A DNA stretch of 64,000 nucleotides from an uncultured cyanobacterium. GTDB lineage: Bacteria > Cyanobacteriota > Cyanobacteriia > Cyanobacteriales > Cyanobacteriaceae. A model generated the notes under the pieces. That model was not told the DNA's origin. It made no database searches and saw only the letters and a program-made list of their open reading frames with translations. The stretch is taken from the NCBI GenBank assembly GCA_963749915.1, contig CAVVOP010000009.1:1-64000 (forward strand), in the 5' to 3' direction. Each line of letters begins with the position of its first letter. Position 1 is the stretch's first letter. This document shows positions 1 to 11,331 of the stretch, piece by piece. A program made the translations under genes and the position numbers.

Positions 1-1
1 T

Positions 2-242
2 GATCCTCCCAAGGTTATATTAGGTAAATTAAAGGCTCTTGAATTTGCCGATTTTTGTTTGTTACTAATTAAGTTGGGTTTTAGTCAGAGAGTTAAAGGT
101 AGTCATCACATTTTTTGGAAAGAGGGAGTCGAGTGAAATTATCAACATACAACCTAATGGCTCAAAAGCAAAAGCCTATCAGTTTAAACAGGTTAGAAAT
201 TTAATCATTAAATACAAATTAGGAGATAGCGATGTCAATTAA
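2..242 (+). pseudogene. hicA: HicA-like toxin, frameshifted
   Basis: Reads ...RVKGSHHIFWKEGVE, then after a frameshift near 134 EIINIQPNGSKAKAYQFKQVRNLI; overlaps the start of hicB. Confidence 0.7.
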
Positions 243-444
243 ATATGAATTAATTATTTATTGGAGTGAAGTAGATGATTGTTTTATTGTGGAAGTGCCA
301 GAATTATCAGGTTGTATGGCAGATGGTAAGATCTATCAGGAGGCTGTTAGTAATGCTGAGGTTATCATTAAAGAATGGCTAGAAATAGCTCAGGAGTTGG
401 GGCGAGATATTCCTCAACCTAAAGGCAAGTTAATGTACGCTTAA
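232..444 (+). CDS. hicB: HicB family antitoxin
   Basis: 70 aa with YWSEVDDCFIVEVPELSGCMADG...GRDIPQPK, typical of short HicB proteins. Confidence 0.85.
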   Translation: MSIKYELIIYWSEVDDCFIVEVPELSGCMADGKIYQEAVSNAEVIIKEWLEIAQELGRDIPQPKGKLMYA

Positions 445-472
445 TCTATCTTAAATGTCAAAAGAGGTATTT

Positions 473-627
473 ATGGAACTTATAAAACGTATTACAATCA
501 ATCCTAATATATAATGAAAACCTTGTATCCGAGGTTTAAGGTATCCTGTGGAATTTGTTTTAGAGTTACTAAGCTCAGGTATGACTACTGAAGAAATTTT
601 AATGGATTAATGAGGATTTAGAATTAG
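473..627 (+). pseudogene. DUF433 family antitoxin-like remnant
   Basis: MELIKRITINPNI**KPCIRGLRYPVEFVLELLSSGMTTEEIL has internal stops and is cut by the IS1634 end. Confidence 0.7.
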
Positions 628-629
628 AT

Positions 630-2752
630 CCCACATTCCGCACTTCACTTTGTAAGATGATAAAAGTATTAAAACCAAGCAACTTATTTTGGACAAAATA
701 TAAGTAATAATACTCAATATCTTCTTTGTTCGCGTTTTATATTCGCGAACTTTGCTCAAATTAAAATCTCATTGTCAATAACTTCACCTTTAATGAGAAT
801 AAATAAACAGAGCAAATCTATCAGTTTTCTCTTCTTTATTTATGGTATTATAATTGAGAATATTTAGACTCTTAAATCCAATAAGTTATCCAGATAAAAT
901 ATAATAATTATGACAAGAAATCGGGAAAAAACTTAAAATTAGTTTTCGTTCATTTGTCAGATTTACTATCTGTTTTATTCCTTGATTTATTACTAAATGA
1001 ATCCCCTGAAAACATTGAAATATCCATCTTAACGTTGGACGTTCCGTTAGTTTTCCTAGCTGATTTTTTATTCCCGTTTTTCTCTCCTTTAATACGCGAC
1101 GCACTTCTCTTTGCCCCAAAGAATATACCAACAGACATAACCCCATTAACATTGCCATTGTTTCGATTCTTTTTGGGGTTTTTAAAAACACACTATCTGC
1201 AAAAAATAATGGATCTTTTAAGAAACCAAAACCTCTTTCTGCTGATTGTTGCTCTTTATATTTTAGCAACATTTCATCCGCACTTAATTTATTTTTATCC
1301 AATCTATTTGTCGCTAACACAAATCTTCCTGCTCTTTTTTTAAATTCCGTTATTTTGGTTAAATCTGATTTTAAAACAGCACTAATTTGATAAAATTTTC
1401 CGAGTTTTTCTTCTTTCTTTTTTGTTTTTTTCTTTTGATTATTTAATTCAATGCAGCTAATTTTTATCTCGGTTATTTGATGATATTTTAACGTCTTATT
1501 CAGTGTCAATATTATTTCTTCTGCTCCTTGTGACGAGCTAAATTCCTCTTTCATCAATTTCTTCAATTTTTCTTCCGTTTTTTCTTTTTCTTTCTCTATA
1601 TTTTTTCTAAGTTTTTCAAGATCTGATACTTTTCTTTTTTCACTTTCTACTATTAACCATCTCTGCTCAATTTCTGCATAATTATTCCTTACTTCATACC
1701 ATGAATATCCCTCTAAACTACTAGGAATAAAATCAGATGATGGTAATTCTGAAACCAAATTGAGGGCATCTTTTATTGATAATGGAACTCTTGATAACCA
1801 TTCCATTCCACTCATCAATTTCAGGTTATTCTCTGTATATAAAGCACTATCACCCACTATCATTGTCTCAAAATCTATCATTGATTTGTATTCAGAAGCT
1901 ATTTTTCCGAAAATTGCTTTATCATTTTCATTGCCGTCTGCTACTCTTAAAAATAAGGGAATATCGCCATCACTACTTACAATTAAATCTAATATAAATT
2001 GTTTCAAATCTGGTCTATGGTCACGGGAATAACCTCTAATTATCTTAATTGGAATTTGATTTATTAGCTCTTGTTGTGTATTTTCTTTAACAAAATTGCC
2101 GGTAATTTTTTCTTGACTATATTTGCCCTCTACCGCAAAAGAAGTTGAATCCAAATGGGAAAAATCAATGTTGATCTTATATTTTTTTACTACGGCCAAA
2201 GCTATTATTAAAAATAATGAAGATAATCCTTTCTCATAAAGTTTATCCATTATTCTCCCAATCCTATCATCATTCAAATGTTCTGGTAGTATTCCTTTTC
2301 CGATTAAATGTTCCGTGGCTTTGTCTTCAAAAAACTGTGGAAATAGATAAAGAGGGCGAGAAATAAATCCTAATCCATTAAGTATAATTGCTTTGACTAT
2401 TTGACCAGCTGTGACAATTTCCCTCTCGTCAATCCCAAGGGCATCATTAATAATTTTTTCAAGGCCAATTTCATCTATAATTCCAGCGATTAATCCTAAA
2501 TGATTAATAGTTTGAACTTGTATTTCTTCTGAGGAAATCATCATCAAAATTCCATTAAAAACTTAATTTAATTATCCCTTTAATAGGCTTAGTTTTCTAA
2601 TAATTTATCTAAGTTCTCTTAATTATTTAGAGAACTAACTTGTAACTGAGTATTTTTACTTAAAAAACATACTGAGAGTTTCTTTTGATAGTCACTTTTC
2701 AGTCTCTAATTTCATAATCTGAAATTATACAGTTTGACGTGCGGAATGTGGG
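630..2752 (-). mobile_element. IS1634 family insertion sequence
   Basis: Terminal IRs ATCCCACATTCCGCACTTCA (628-647) and TGACGTGCGGAATGTGGGAT (2735-2754), 19/20 match, flank the transposase. Confidence 0.88.
886..2547 (-). CDS. IS1634 family transposase
   Basis: 553 aa; HLDSTSF, GYSRDHRPDLKQ, VGDSAL and YKEQQSAERGFGFLKDP motifs. Confidence 0.9.
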   Translation of the reverse strand: MMMISSEEIQVQTINHLGLIAGIIDEIGLEKIINDALGIDEREIVTAGQIVKAIILNGLGFISRPLYLFPQFFEDKATEHLIGKGILPEHLNDDRIGRIMDKLYEKGLSSLFLIIALAVVKKYKINIDFSHLDSTSFAVEGKYSQEKITGNFVKENTQQELINQIPIKIIRGYSRDHRPDLKQFILDLIVSSDGDIPLFLRVADGNENDKAIFGKIASEYKSMIDFETMIVGDSALYTENNLKLMSGMEWLSRVPLSIKDALNLVSELPSSDFIPSSLEGYSWYEVRNNYAEIEQRWLIVESEKRKVSDLEKLRKNIEKEKEKTEEKLKKLMKEEFSSSQGAEEIILTLNKTLKYHQITEIKISCIELNNQKKKTKKKEEKLGKFYQISAVLKSDLTKITEFKKRAGRFVLATNRLDKNKLSADEMLLKYKEQQSAERGFGFLKDPLFFADSVFLKTPKRIETMAMLMGLCLLVYSLGQREVRRVLKERKTGIKNQLGKLTERPTLRWIFQCFQGIHLVINQGIKQIVNLTNERKLILSFFPISCHNYYILSG

Positions 2753-2756
2753 ATAA

Positions 2757-4667
2757 ATGATACTGCTGACGAACTTAACATAAGCTAGATTTTTTCCGAT
2801 GGGCGATCGACTTCTCACTTTAAATTAGCAATCTATAGCGAATAAAATAAGAATAGACTAGCCAATTAATATTAAGGCGATCGCCAAGGACGTCACTCCC
2901 AGTAATCGCCAGATTTGAAGATTAAAGAAGGAGGAAAAAATTATGGTCCTGCATCCTCAATCAATTAAACCTATTCCGCCTCTAACCAGACAAATAGCTC
3001 AAAAAGCATTTCCTCAGGGAAATCTTTACATGAGACTCAGAGATGAGTTAGGGATATTTTACGATGATGAAGATTTTGCCGAACTGTATTCCACAGAAGG
3101 TCAACCAGCTCTGAGACCTTGGCATTTAGCTTTAATCTCTGTAATGCAGTATATAGCTAATTTATCAGATCGAGGTGCAGTCGAAGCGATCGCCGCCCGC
3201 ATTGACTGGAAATATGCTTTGGGATTGGAATTGAGCGACTCAGGTTTTGATTCTTCTGTGTTAACCCTATTTCGTTCTCGATTATTGAATGGAGGAAAAG
3301 AAAAGCTCTTACTGGATAAGCTTTTAGAACGCTGCTGTGAACTCGAACTAATCAAAGCTAGGGGAAAGGTTCGGACAGATTCAACTCATATTTTGGCGGC
3401 AATTCGTAATCTTAATCGGCTCGAATATGTGGGTGAAACTTTACGTTCTGCTTTAAACGCTTTAGCGGTAGTCGTGCCAGATTGGTTATCAAAGATAGTC
3501 TCACCAGACTGGTTTGACCGTTACAGCAAGCCGGTGGAAGAATCTAGACTGCCAAGAGGAACAGAAGCTCGGAATGATTATGCTCAAATAATCGGACACG
3601 ATGGGCTGAAAATTTTAGAGGCCATTTACGAAGAGCCGACTACACCTCAATGGCTAAGAGAGATTCCCGCCATAGAAACTCTGAGAATAACATGGGTACA
3701 ACAATACTGGATTGATAATGGTCAGCTTCTTTGGCGCAGTCACCAAGACTTACCGCCAGCGGGTCTAAGAAGTAATTCTCCTTATGACCCAGAAGCTCGC
3801 TATGGGAACAAACGTCATACAACTTGGTTAGGTTACAAGGTACATCTCACTGAAACTTGTGAGAAAAATCAAGTTCATCTCATCACTAATGTTCACACTA
3901 CGGAAGCTCATCTGTCCGATGTTGACCAAACTAAATTAATTCATCAATCTTTGGCAGATAAAGAATTATTACCATCTCAACACTTGGTTGATGCTGGTTA
4001 TGTAGATAGCACCTTATTGGTTGAGAGTAAGCAGAAGTATAATCTGCAACTGATTGGACCGATACGTGATAATGTAAGTTGGCAGTCGAAAATTCCTGAT
4101 GGTTACGATTTAAGTCGTTTCCAAATCAACTGGAAGATGAAGCAAGTTAGTTGTCTCAAGGTATTAAAAGTACAAAAAAGTGGACTCCTTAGGTTATCAA
4201 TGGGGAAACAAAATAATTAGAGTAAAATTTCCCCGAAAAGCTTGTCGAGAATGTCAGTTTCGTCATCTATGTACACACTCTAAAAGTGAACCCCGAGAAA
4301 TTACTTTGCGTCCATAAAAAGAACACAAAGCGATTGTTAGACGACGAAAACAGCAAGAAACAAAAACATGGTTAAAGCAGTATAATCAACGTGCAGGGGT
4401 TGAAGGGACTATTTCGCAAGGTGTTCGTGGTTTTGGTTTACGCTCTGCTCGTTATGTGGGTTTAAACAAAGTTCATTTACAACATATCCTAACGGCAACT
4501 GCCATCAATGCCATCCGCCTATTTGCTTGGTTTGAGGGGGTTCCTTTGGCCAAAACTAGAGTTTCTTCCTTTGCCAAGTTAGCTCCTGATTAGCTGTGAC
4601 TTTTTTCACCTATGCGATCGCCCATCAGAAAAAATCTGGCTTATGTTAAGTTCGTCAGCAGTATCAT
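2757..4667 (+). mobile_element. IS1182 family insertion sequence with 53-bp terminal IRs
   Basis: 2757-2809 and 4615-4667 are inverted repeats with 2 mismatches (ATGATACTGCTGACGAACTTAAC...GGGCGATCG). Confidence 0.88.
2943..4593 (+). pseudogene. IS1182 family transposase, frameshifted and with an internal stop
   Basis: ORF 2943-4220 has RTDSTH, GYKVHLTETC and LVDAGY; the C-terminus (CRECQFRHLC...RP*...YNQRAGVEGTISQGVR) continues in another frame to 4593. Confidence 0.85.
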
Positions 4668-4854
4668 CTTCGGTGACGACCTCGAGGGTGGTATCGTATT
4701 CGAACGAGATAGCCTGTTGCTCCGCCATGTAATCGGACATGGCCTTAAGTAGCCTCTTGGCATCTGCCTCATCGGCTTTCACCTCCACGGACGTTCCCAA
4801 TATAACTATTAAGGACAGTCCCACGGTGAAGATGCTGAGCACAAAACTCTTCAC
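4668..4854 (-). pseudogene. DUF2092-like periplasmic protein, N-terminal fragment truncated by IS1182
   Basis: Signal peptide followed by ADEADAKRLLKAMSDYMAEQQAISFEYDTTLEVVTED; the ORF runs into the IS IR. Confidence 0.65.
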
Positions 4855-4958
4855 TAATTTTCCTTATGTCTTCATCTAAGTGCTCCTCTTTGAACTGAAA
4901 TTTTCTCAATGGCGGTTTTCATTTTCTCTTTCCTGTTTCTTTTCTGTTAGTGCAGACA

Positions 4959-5078
4959 CTAGTGGTCTGTCAAGATAGTTTTGAGGGACTGGGAACGGAT
5001 AATTTTGGATTTTGGATTTTGGATTTTAGATTTTGGAGAATCCTGCTATCCCTCATTTCAAAATTGCTAGACCAGTAG
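4959..5078. mobile_element. MITE-like element with internal heptamer repeats
   Basis: Ends CTAGTGGTCTGTCAA / TTGCTAGACCAGTAG; internal ATTTTGG repeats; partial inverted copy at 24690-24749. Confidence 0.6.
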
Positions 5079-5122
5079 AGCCTTTTTTAAAACTATAATC
5101 CCATGATGGAAGGCTATTGTCA

Positions 5123-5976
5123 AAGTCTTTACTTTCCTGGAAAAAATAGGATATCAAGAAGGAATTGAAAATTTAGGGTTGGTAGTAGGGGAAAAAACTT
5201 CTTTTGATTCCTTTGGCATTTTGGGCAAATTAGCCTGTCAGTCTTTGAGCTTATATGATGCTATATCGAAGATTATCTATCTCGGAAATTTCTTTAATTC
5301 AGGAGAAAATTACTGGTTAATTGAAAGGGGAAAAACTGCCTATTTTTGTCAACAATATATTAACTTAGGAGGATTTGATCCTCACCATGCTAGTCATTTT
5401 TCTTTAATGTTAATGATAGATTTAGTTCGCAAGGTAGCAGGAGAACAGTGGTATCCACAACAAATTTCTCTACAAACTAGAATGAGTAATTTTAGGGATC
5501 ATCCTCTTAGAGAAGTTCTCCTTAATAGAGATATGGCCATAACCTCCATCGCCTTTCCTCGTTATTTTTTAGCCTTACCTTTTCCTTCAGGATTGAATTT
5601 ACGTGAAGATCAACAACACCAAGAGTCCGAACAATTGCAAAACTCTGCACCTTCTTCTCAATTTTCTCATTCTTTGGCACAGGCGATCGCCGCTCGATTA
5701 CGGGAAGGTTATCCATCTCTTCATATAGCTTCAGAAATTGCACAAATGTCTATTCGCTCTTTACAAAGAAGATTAGCAGAGGAATGCTTAACCTATTCTC
5801 AACTGATAACTCGTATTCGTTATGAAAAAGCTGTTTATTTAGTGCAAAATTCCAACTTAAAAATTATTGAAATTGGTTACGATTTGGGATACCGAGATCC
5901 GGCCCATTTTACAAGGGCTTTCAAAAGTTGGACAGGACGATCTCCTCAACAGTTTCGTCATTCGCAAATTATATAA
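5123..5976 (+). pseudogene. AraC family regulator, 5'-truncated
   Basis: C-terminal AraC HTH (IGYDLGYRDPAHFTRAFKSWTGRSPQQFR); similarity to the paralogue at 63578 begins only at about 5123, so about 45 N-terminal codons are missing. Confidence 0.75.
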
Positions 5977-6035
5977 GGGTAACTTATAGCGATAAGTTTA
6001 CTCAGTAAGTTCCTCATTGTCATTTTACTTGCTTG

Positions 6036-6297
6036 TTAGAGGATCTTACTAGATAACTCCCCAGCCGGGATGTTTATCCGTTGTGGTATGCCAATCTGAA
6101 TATTATGGAGATCGAACGCCAGTTTTAAACGGCGACGGAACTCTCGCTCCACGCCCCACTGCTGGCCTGGTTCAGTTTTGATCCAAAGCATACACTGAAT
6201 GCCCGTATGGGCAATCTGATTCACGCCTATGTTATCAAGCGGATTTAAGATTTGCCCCTTCCACTGTGGATCTTGATACATTTCCTCAGCCACTTCT
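6036..6297 (-). pseudogene. MscS mechanosensitive channel, C-terminal fragment
   Basis: WIKTEPGQQWGVEREFRRRLKLAFDLHNIQIGIPQ is an MscS C-terminal motif; no N-terminal part. Confidence 0.7.
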
Positions 6298-6389
6298 TTG
6301 GAATGGGGACAAAATAACTTAGGAAACTTGTTTTTCTGATGACTAAATTTTCCAAAGGTTGAAACATCAACTTTGCTATTTTATTAAAT

Positions 6390-7092
6390 CCTCATTCCTA
6401 ACAATTTCATTAGATATCGTACCTGGTTTAATTACCCCAGGCCAGCGCACAAAACAGGGAACCCTGAATGCACCTTCTCAGTTAGAATCTTTTTCATTAC
6501 GAAAGGGAGTCATACCACCGTCAGGCCAAGAGTTCATGTGAGGGCCATTGTCAGTACCATAAATAACGATTGTATTGTCTGCAATGCCCATATCATCGAG
6601 CTTTTGGAGCAAAGCCCCGACAAGTTTATCATGGTCGATCATGACATCATGATATTCTGATTGCCAACGTCCCGACTGCCCTAAACTCTCAGGTTTGGCA
6701 TGGGTGCGGAAGTGCATATGAGAAGTATTAAACCATAATAAAAAGGGATTGTCTTCTGCTGCTTTGCGGTCTAGCCATTCTGAGGTTGCCTCAAAAACCT
6801 CATCATCAATGGTTTCCATGCACTTTTTGGTGAGAGGTCCCGTATCTTCAATACGACCATCGGCATAGGAGTGCAAAACACCACGAGGGGCAAAGTGTTC
6901 GCGGAAATTGGGAAAATCTTTTTCGGGAGGATAATCCCGTAATTCCGGTTCTTCACAAGCGTTCAGGTGATACAAAAAGCCAAAAAATTCATCAAAACCA
7001 TGTTGGGTAGGCAGAAACTTGTCCTTATCTCCAAAGTGATTTTTACCAAATTGACCCGTAGCATAACCCAAGGGTTTTAATAGTTCTGCATT
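6390..7092 (-). pseudogene. Arylsulfatase internal fragment
   Basis: GYATGQFGKNHFGD, NTIVIYGTDNG and EKDSN*EGAFRVPCFVRWPG (stop in place of Trp); the CxPxR region is absent. Confidence 0.85.
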
Positions 7093-7236
7093 TTTCGGTA
7101 AAATAGGCGAAAAGGATTGAAAGTTAATGCTTTTATCTACTGTGACAGTTTTAGTGATTTTTGCTAATTGTTACACTTATTTTCCCTATTTTTTATGTCA
7201 GAATCTCCCAATCCTGATAATTGGGCAGAAATTTAT

Positions 7237-8667
7237 TCACAACATCTTTATTGATTGATATAATTGTTTAAACTTCCGTTGTTGTTGATTATGATCCACA
7301 ATGGGTAAAGGATAACCACAACTTTGTGCATCGAGAGGAGAAATTTTTCCAGTTACTAAATCCTCCGTATCTAAATAGCTAATTTCTGGCAACCATCGAC
7401 GAATATACTCCGCCTCTCCATCAATTTTTTGGGACTGAGACCCAGGATTAAATATCCTTAAGGGTTTAGCATCCATACCACTAGACGCACTCCATTGCCA
7501 ACCGCCATTATTAGAAGCTAAATCCCCGTCATAGAGTTTCTGCATAAAATATTTTTCTCCCCGACGCCAATCAATAATTAAGTCTTTTGTGAGAAAACTA
7601 GCTACAATCATCCGACAACGGTTGTGCATCCATCCTATTTCATTTAACTGACGCATGGCCGCATCAACGATCGGATAACCTGTTTTTCCTTCACACCATG
7701 CTTGAAAAAATTTCTCGTTATTTTCCCAAGGAAAATGTTTAAATTGTTGTCGATAAGCACCTTTTTCTAACTCAGGGAAAAAATACAAACAATGTTGATA
7801 AAATTCTCGCCATGCTAATTCCTTTTGCCATGCAATAATATTCCCTCTGGCTTCCTCACTTCGGCAGTTCTCTAACTCTATTTGTGTATATTGCCATAAA
7901 GTTCGAGGACCAATGGCACCAAATTTGATAGCCGCACTTAATTGTGATGTACCATCAATACAAGGATAGTTTCGATTCTCATTATAATCAGATAATTGAT
8001 AACGACAAAAATATTCTAGTCTTTCCTGAGCAGCAGTCTCCCCTGGCGTCAGTAATAATTCGTTATCCCATGTAAAACCCAAATCCTCAAGACTCGGTAA
8101 CGGTACCAAGCCGATATTCATGGCGATGTCATATTCCTCGGCGGCTAAAGGAGATAAACGAGAAGAAGAATTGACAGGTTTGAGTTTTACTTGTTGTGAC
8201 CAATTACGCCAAAAAGGAGTATAAATCCTATAGGGAGTATTGGTTTTCGATAAAATTTTCCCCGGTGCATGTAGTAACTGATCCCAAAATGTCTCAACTT
8301 TGATATTCTTAGCTTTTAATGTCTCTAGTAATATATTATCTCTTTGACGGGAAAAAGGTTCAACATCCAAATTCCAGTAAACCCCCTCCGCTTTTAACTC
8401 CTCTGCCAATGGGGGGATAATAGTTAAAGGTGAGTCGCGAAAAATTAATAAATCACTGCCTAATTTTTGATAATTTTCTCGTAATTCCACTAAACATCCT
8501 AGAAGATATTTTACTCTTGCAGGAGCAATATCATCTCCTTTTAAAATAGTGGGATCTAAACAAAACAAACCTACTATTTTTTGACTTTTTTTCCTAGCAG
8601 AAGCTAAGCCGATATTATCCTTAATTCTTAAGTCTCGACGATGCCAAAAAACTATTAAATCACTCAT
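7237..8667 (-). CDS. phrA: Deoxyribodipyrimidine photolyase (class I CPD-type)
   Basis: WHRRDLRIKDN, GKTGYPIVDAAMRQL, GWMHNRCRMIVASFL and SNNGGWQW motifs. Confidence 0.92.
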   Translation of the reverse strand: MSDLIVFWHRRDLRIKDNIGLASARKKSQKIVGLFCLDPTILKGDDIAPARVKYLLGCLVELRENYQKLGSDLLIFRDSPLTIIPPLAEELKAEGVYWNLDVEPFSRQRDNILLETLKAKNIKVETFWDQLLHAPGKILSKTNTPYRIYTPFWRNWSQQVKLKPVNSSSRLSPLAAEEYDIAMNIGLVPLPSLEDLGFTWDNELLLTPGETAAQERLEYFCRYQLSDYNENRNYPCIDGTSQLSAAIKFGAIGPRTLWQYTQIELENCRSEEARGNIIAWQKELAWREFYQHCLYFFPELEKGAYRQQFKHFPWENNEKFFQAWCEGKTGYPIVDAAMRQLNEIGWMHNRCRMIVASFLTKDLIIDWRRGEKYFMQKLYDGDLASNNGGWQWSASSGMDAKPLRIFNPGSQSQKIDGEAEYIRRWLPEISYLDTEDLVTGKISPLDAQSCGYPLPIVDHNQQQRKFKQLYQSIKML

Positions 8668-8975
8668 TATTTTTACGATAGGTTGAATAGAGCAGCCCTT
8701 TTAATGTGTTATTTTGCAGTACAAAAAATATCCTTCTTTTGTCACTTTTCGTTTTTTCCTACTATTAATAGTTTTTGCAACCCTTGAAAATCACAGCAAC
8801 AAACATACTATAATTTATTTTTGTGGATTTGAAGAGATTTTTTATTTTATACTGGGAAATAATCGGGGGATCGCCCTTAAACAAAAACTTTTCCATCTAC
8901 TGATATTATCTCTACTATCCAATAAATTTCACCGTCACTACTCCGAGGGATTGGAGTTTTCTCACGATTTTGCCA

Positions 8976-9869
8976 TTAAGGCAAAGTCATCAACCATATG
9001 AGAAAGGGAAGGGTTGCAAAACTCATCAGTGTAGAAATAATAATCGTTCTGGCTACCATTACAGTATTCCCTCCAAATTCTTTAATCATAATCACCGAAC
9101 TTACCGCCGTCGGCATCGCTGTTTGTAAAGTTAATACTTGTAAATCTAATCCTTCTAAACCGACTAATTTTCCTGTACTATAAGCTATAATCGGGGCGAT
9201 CACCAATCTTCCCACCGTAGCGGTAAACTCCCGGACACCAAACTCAAATTTAGTTTTACTCAACTGCATTCCTAAAATAATTAAAGCAACAGGAATAGCA
9301 GAAATTCCCAACCATTCCAAACTTTTTCCCATATTAAAAGGCAATGTTACTTTAGTGAAGTGTAAAGTCATTCCCAATAACATCGACCAAATTAAAGGTA
9401 ACTTCCATGTTAATTTTAAACTTCTCATCAAACTATCACCCTTCAAGATGGCGGGCAACATTCCAAATAAGACGACACTAGAAAAAATCATGTAAATTAC
9501 CGCTCTTTCTAAGCCCTCATTTCCTAAAGAAAAAGCAATAATTGACAGCCCCATATTACCATTGTTCGGACAAAGGCTAATGGCTAACAAACCTTTATCA
9601 TCATCGGCGGATAATTTGAGCAATCGACTAACTATCACCACGCCACCATAAATAATTACAGTGGTGAAAATATATCCTAGAAGTAACCTTAAAGCTGCAT
9701 CCGTAGATACCGTCGTGCGATAAAAACTATCAACTACTAACGCCGGTGCTAAAATATAAACGCTAATTTGAGATAAAGTTGATTGATCTAATTTTAAAGT
9801 TTTATTGGCAATATAACCCATAGCGATAACTAACGCTACTGGCAACACCGAAGATAATATGATATTCAC
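8976..9869 (-). CDS. AEC (auxin efflux carrier) family transporter
   Basis: Multi-TM 297 aa; NNGNMG and AMPTAV repeat motifs. Confidence 0.85.
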   Translation of the reverse strand: MNIILSSVLPVALVIAMGYIANKTLKLDQSTLSQISVYILAPALVVDSFYRTTVSTDAALRLLLGYIFTTVIIYGGVVIVSRLLKLSADDDKGLLAISLCPNNGNMGLSIIAFSLGNEGLERAVIYMIFSSVVLFGMLPAILKGDSLMRSLKLTWKLPLIWSMLLGMTLHFTKVTLPFNMGKSLEWLGISAIPVALIILGMQLSKTKFEFGVREFTATVGRLVIAPIIAYSTGKLVGLEGLDLQVLTLQTAMPTAVSSVIMIKEFGGNTVMVARTIIISTLMSFATLPFLIWLMTLP

Positions 9870-9908
9870 GACTTAACAAATTAACAACAATGAACAACTA
9901 AATTTCTT

Positions 9909-10019
9909 CTAGTGGTGAAGTGCGTAAATGAAATGGGAGTTTAAAATTCTCGTAAGTACCGAAAATTAAAGGTTTTTCATTCTACATTCTACATTCTTAA
10001 TTCTGCATTCTACCACTAG
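9909..10019. repeat. Small IR-bounded element with ATTCTAC heptamers
   Basis: CTAGTGGT...ACCACTAG ends; left terminus matches the 4959-5078 element. Confidence 0.45.
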
Positions 10020-10050
10020 TCTCCTAGTTTATCTTTTCTGAGTTCTGAAC

Positions 10051-11199
10051 TCATGTCCGACGATAACTCATGCCAGGTAATTGAGTTATTAAACCATCTA
10101 ATTCTAGTTGTAATAAAATTCCCGAAACTTCTCCACTATTTAAGGAGCTTTTTTCCACAATCGCATCAAAAACCGTGGGGTTGACGTCGATGGCTTCATA
10201 AACTAATCTAAAACTAGAGGATAAAGTGGTTTCTTCCGTTGTCTTTTTTGCGGTAGAGGGGGAAGAAGCTGAAAATAACGATAATTGTTGCCCTTGATCC
10301 AAACTGGGAATTACACCTAAACTAGATAATAATTCTTCTTCAGTGATAATCACCTCCGCCCCATTGTGAATTAACCGTAAACATCCCCTTGCCTGAACAT
10401 TATCAGGAGTGTTCGGCAAGGTATAAACATCCCGATTAAATTCATTAGCGTAACGAGCAGTAATTAACGCCCCTGATTTTTCCGGTGCTTCCATAACTAA
10501 AACCGCCCGACATAACCCTGCAACGATACGATTACGAGCAGGAAAATTGCCCCTTTCTGGTGGGCTTCCATACTCATACTCTGTCAAAATTAATCCTTTT
10601 TCTTCAATTTCTGTCATTAATGGACGATTGCTTGATGGATACGCCCTATCAAGTCCATTTCCGAGGATTGCGATTGTTCTACCCCCACCATCCAAACAAC
10701 CACGATGTGCCGCTGTGTCAATCCCTTCTGCTAAACCGGATACCACCGTAAAACCATTTTCCCCTAAAGCCTTACTAATATTGTATGCCCATCTTCTGCC
10801 ATGTTCTGTGGGTTGTCTTGTACCAACAATGCCAATTAAGGGAGTTATGCCTTGATTTTCCGCTTTTTTCATTTCCCCCTTATAGTATAAAATGGCAGGA
10901 GGGCTAGGAATTTCTAATAATAATTGAGGATATTCTGCCTCGTTAGGAGTCCAAAAGTTAGGATTTTTTTCAAGATGTTTTAAAAATAGTTTTTCAGGCT
11001 CAATTTTATTTTTTTCTTCTTGAATTAGGTTACATATTTTTTTGCCGATGCCGTCAATTGTCATTAATTCCTGTGTGGATAATTCCCATGCCTCTTGTAA
11101 ACTGGGAAAACGATCGTACATTTTTTTGAGAGAAACCGCCCCAATACCTTTTATTTTTGACCATGCTAACCAGTAAATTTTTTCTTTATCTTCTATCAT
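10051..11199 (-). CDS. dprA: DNA-processing protein DprA
   Basis: IVGTR, VVSGLAEGID, FPARNRIVAG and EAPEKSGALITA motifs; C-terminal winged helix. Confidence 0.95.
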   Translation of the reverse strand: MIEDKEKIYWLAWSKIKGIGAVSLKKMYDRFPSLQEAWELSTQELMTIDGIGKKICNLIQEEKNKIEPEKLFLKHLEKNPNFWTPNEAEYPQLLLEIPSPPAILYYKGEMKKAENQGITPLIGIVGTRQPTEHGRRWAYNISKALGENGFTVVSGLAEGIDTAAHRGCLDGGGRTIAILGNGLDRAYPSSNRPLMTEIEEKGLILTEYEYGSPPERGNFPARNRIVAGLCRAVLVMEAPEKSGALITARYANEFNRDVYTLPNTPDNVQARGCLRLIHNGAEVIITEEELLSSLGVIPSLDQGQQLSLFSASSPSTAKKTTEETTLSSSFRLVYEAIDVNPTVFDAIVEKSSLNSGEVSGILLQLELDGLITQLPGMSYRRT

Positions 11200-11331
11200 A
11201 AAATCTCACAATTATTGTAGATAGTATGCTTATCTAATAACCTAAGTGTTCTTTTGGGAAATCTTCTTGACAATGTTTATTATAATTATAGTGAGTTTTT
11301 AAAATCTGTTCCGTCTAACATTGCCGAGGGT

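Noticed and set aside
629..643. TTCCGCAC matching the ParB copy 1 half-site
   Set aside because: It is part of the IS1634 terminal IR and is not palindromic locally; probably coincidence.
954..2032. Short antisense and overlapping ORFs in the track (here and within clpC, dprA, the sulfatase and other long genes)
   Set aside because: Shadow frames of well-supported genes with no recognisable motifs.
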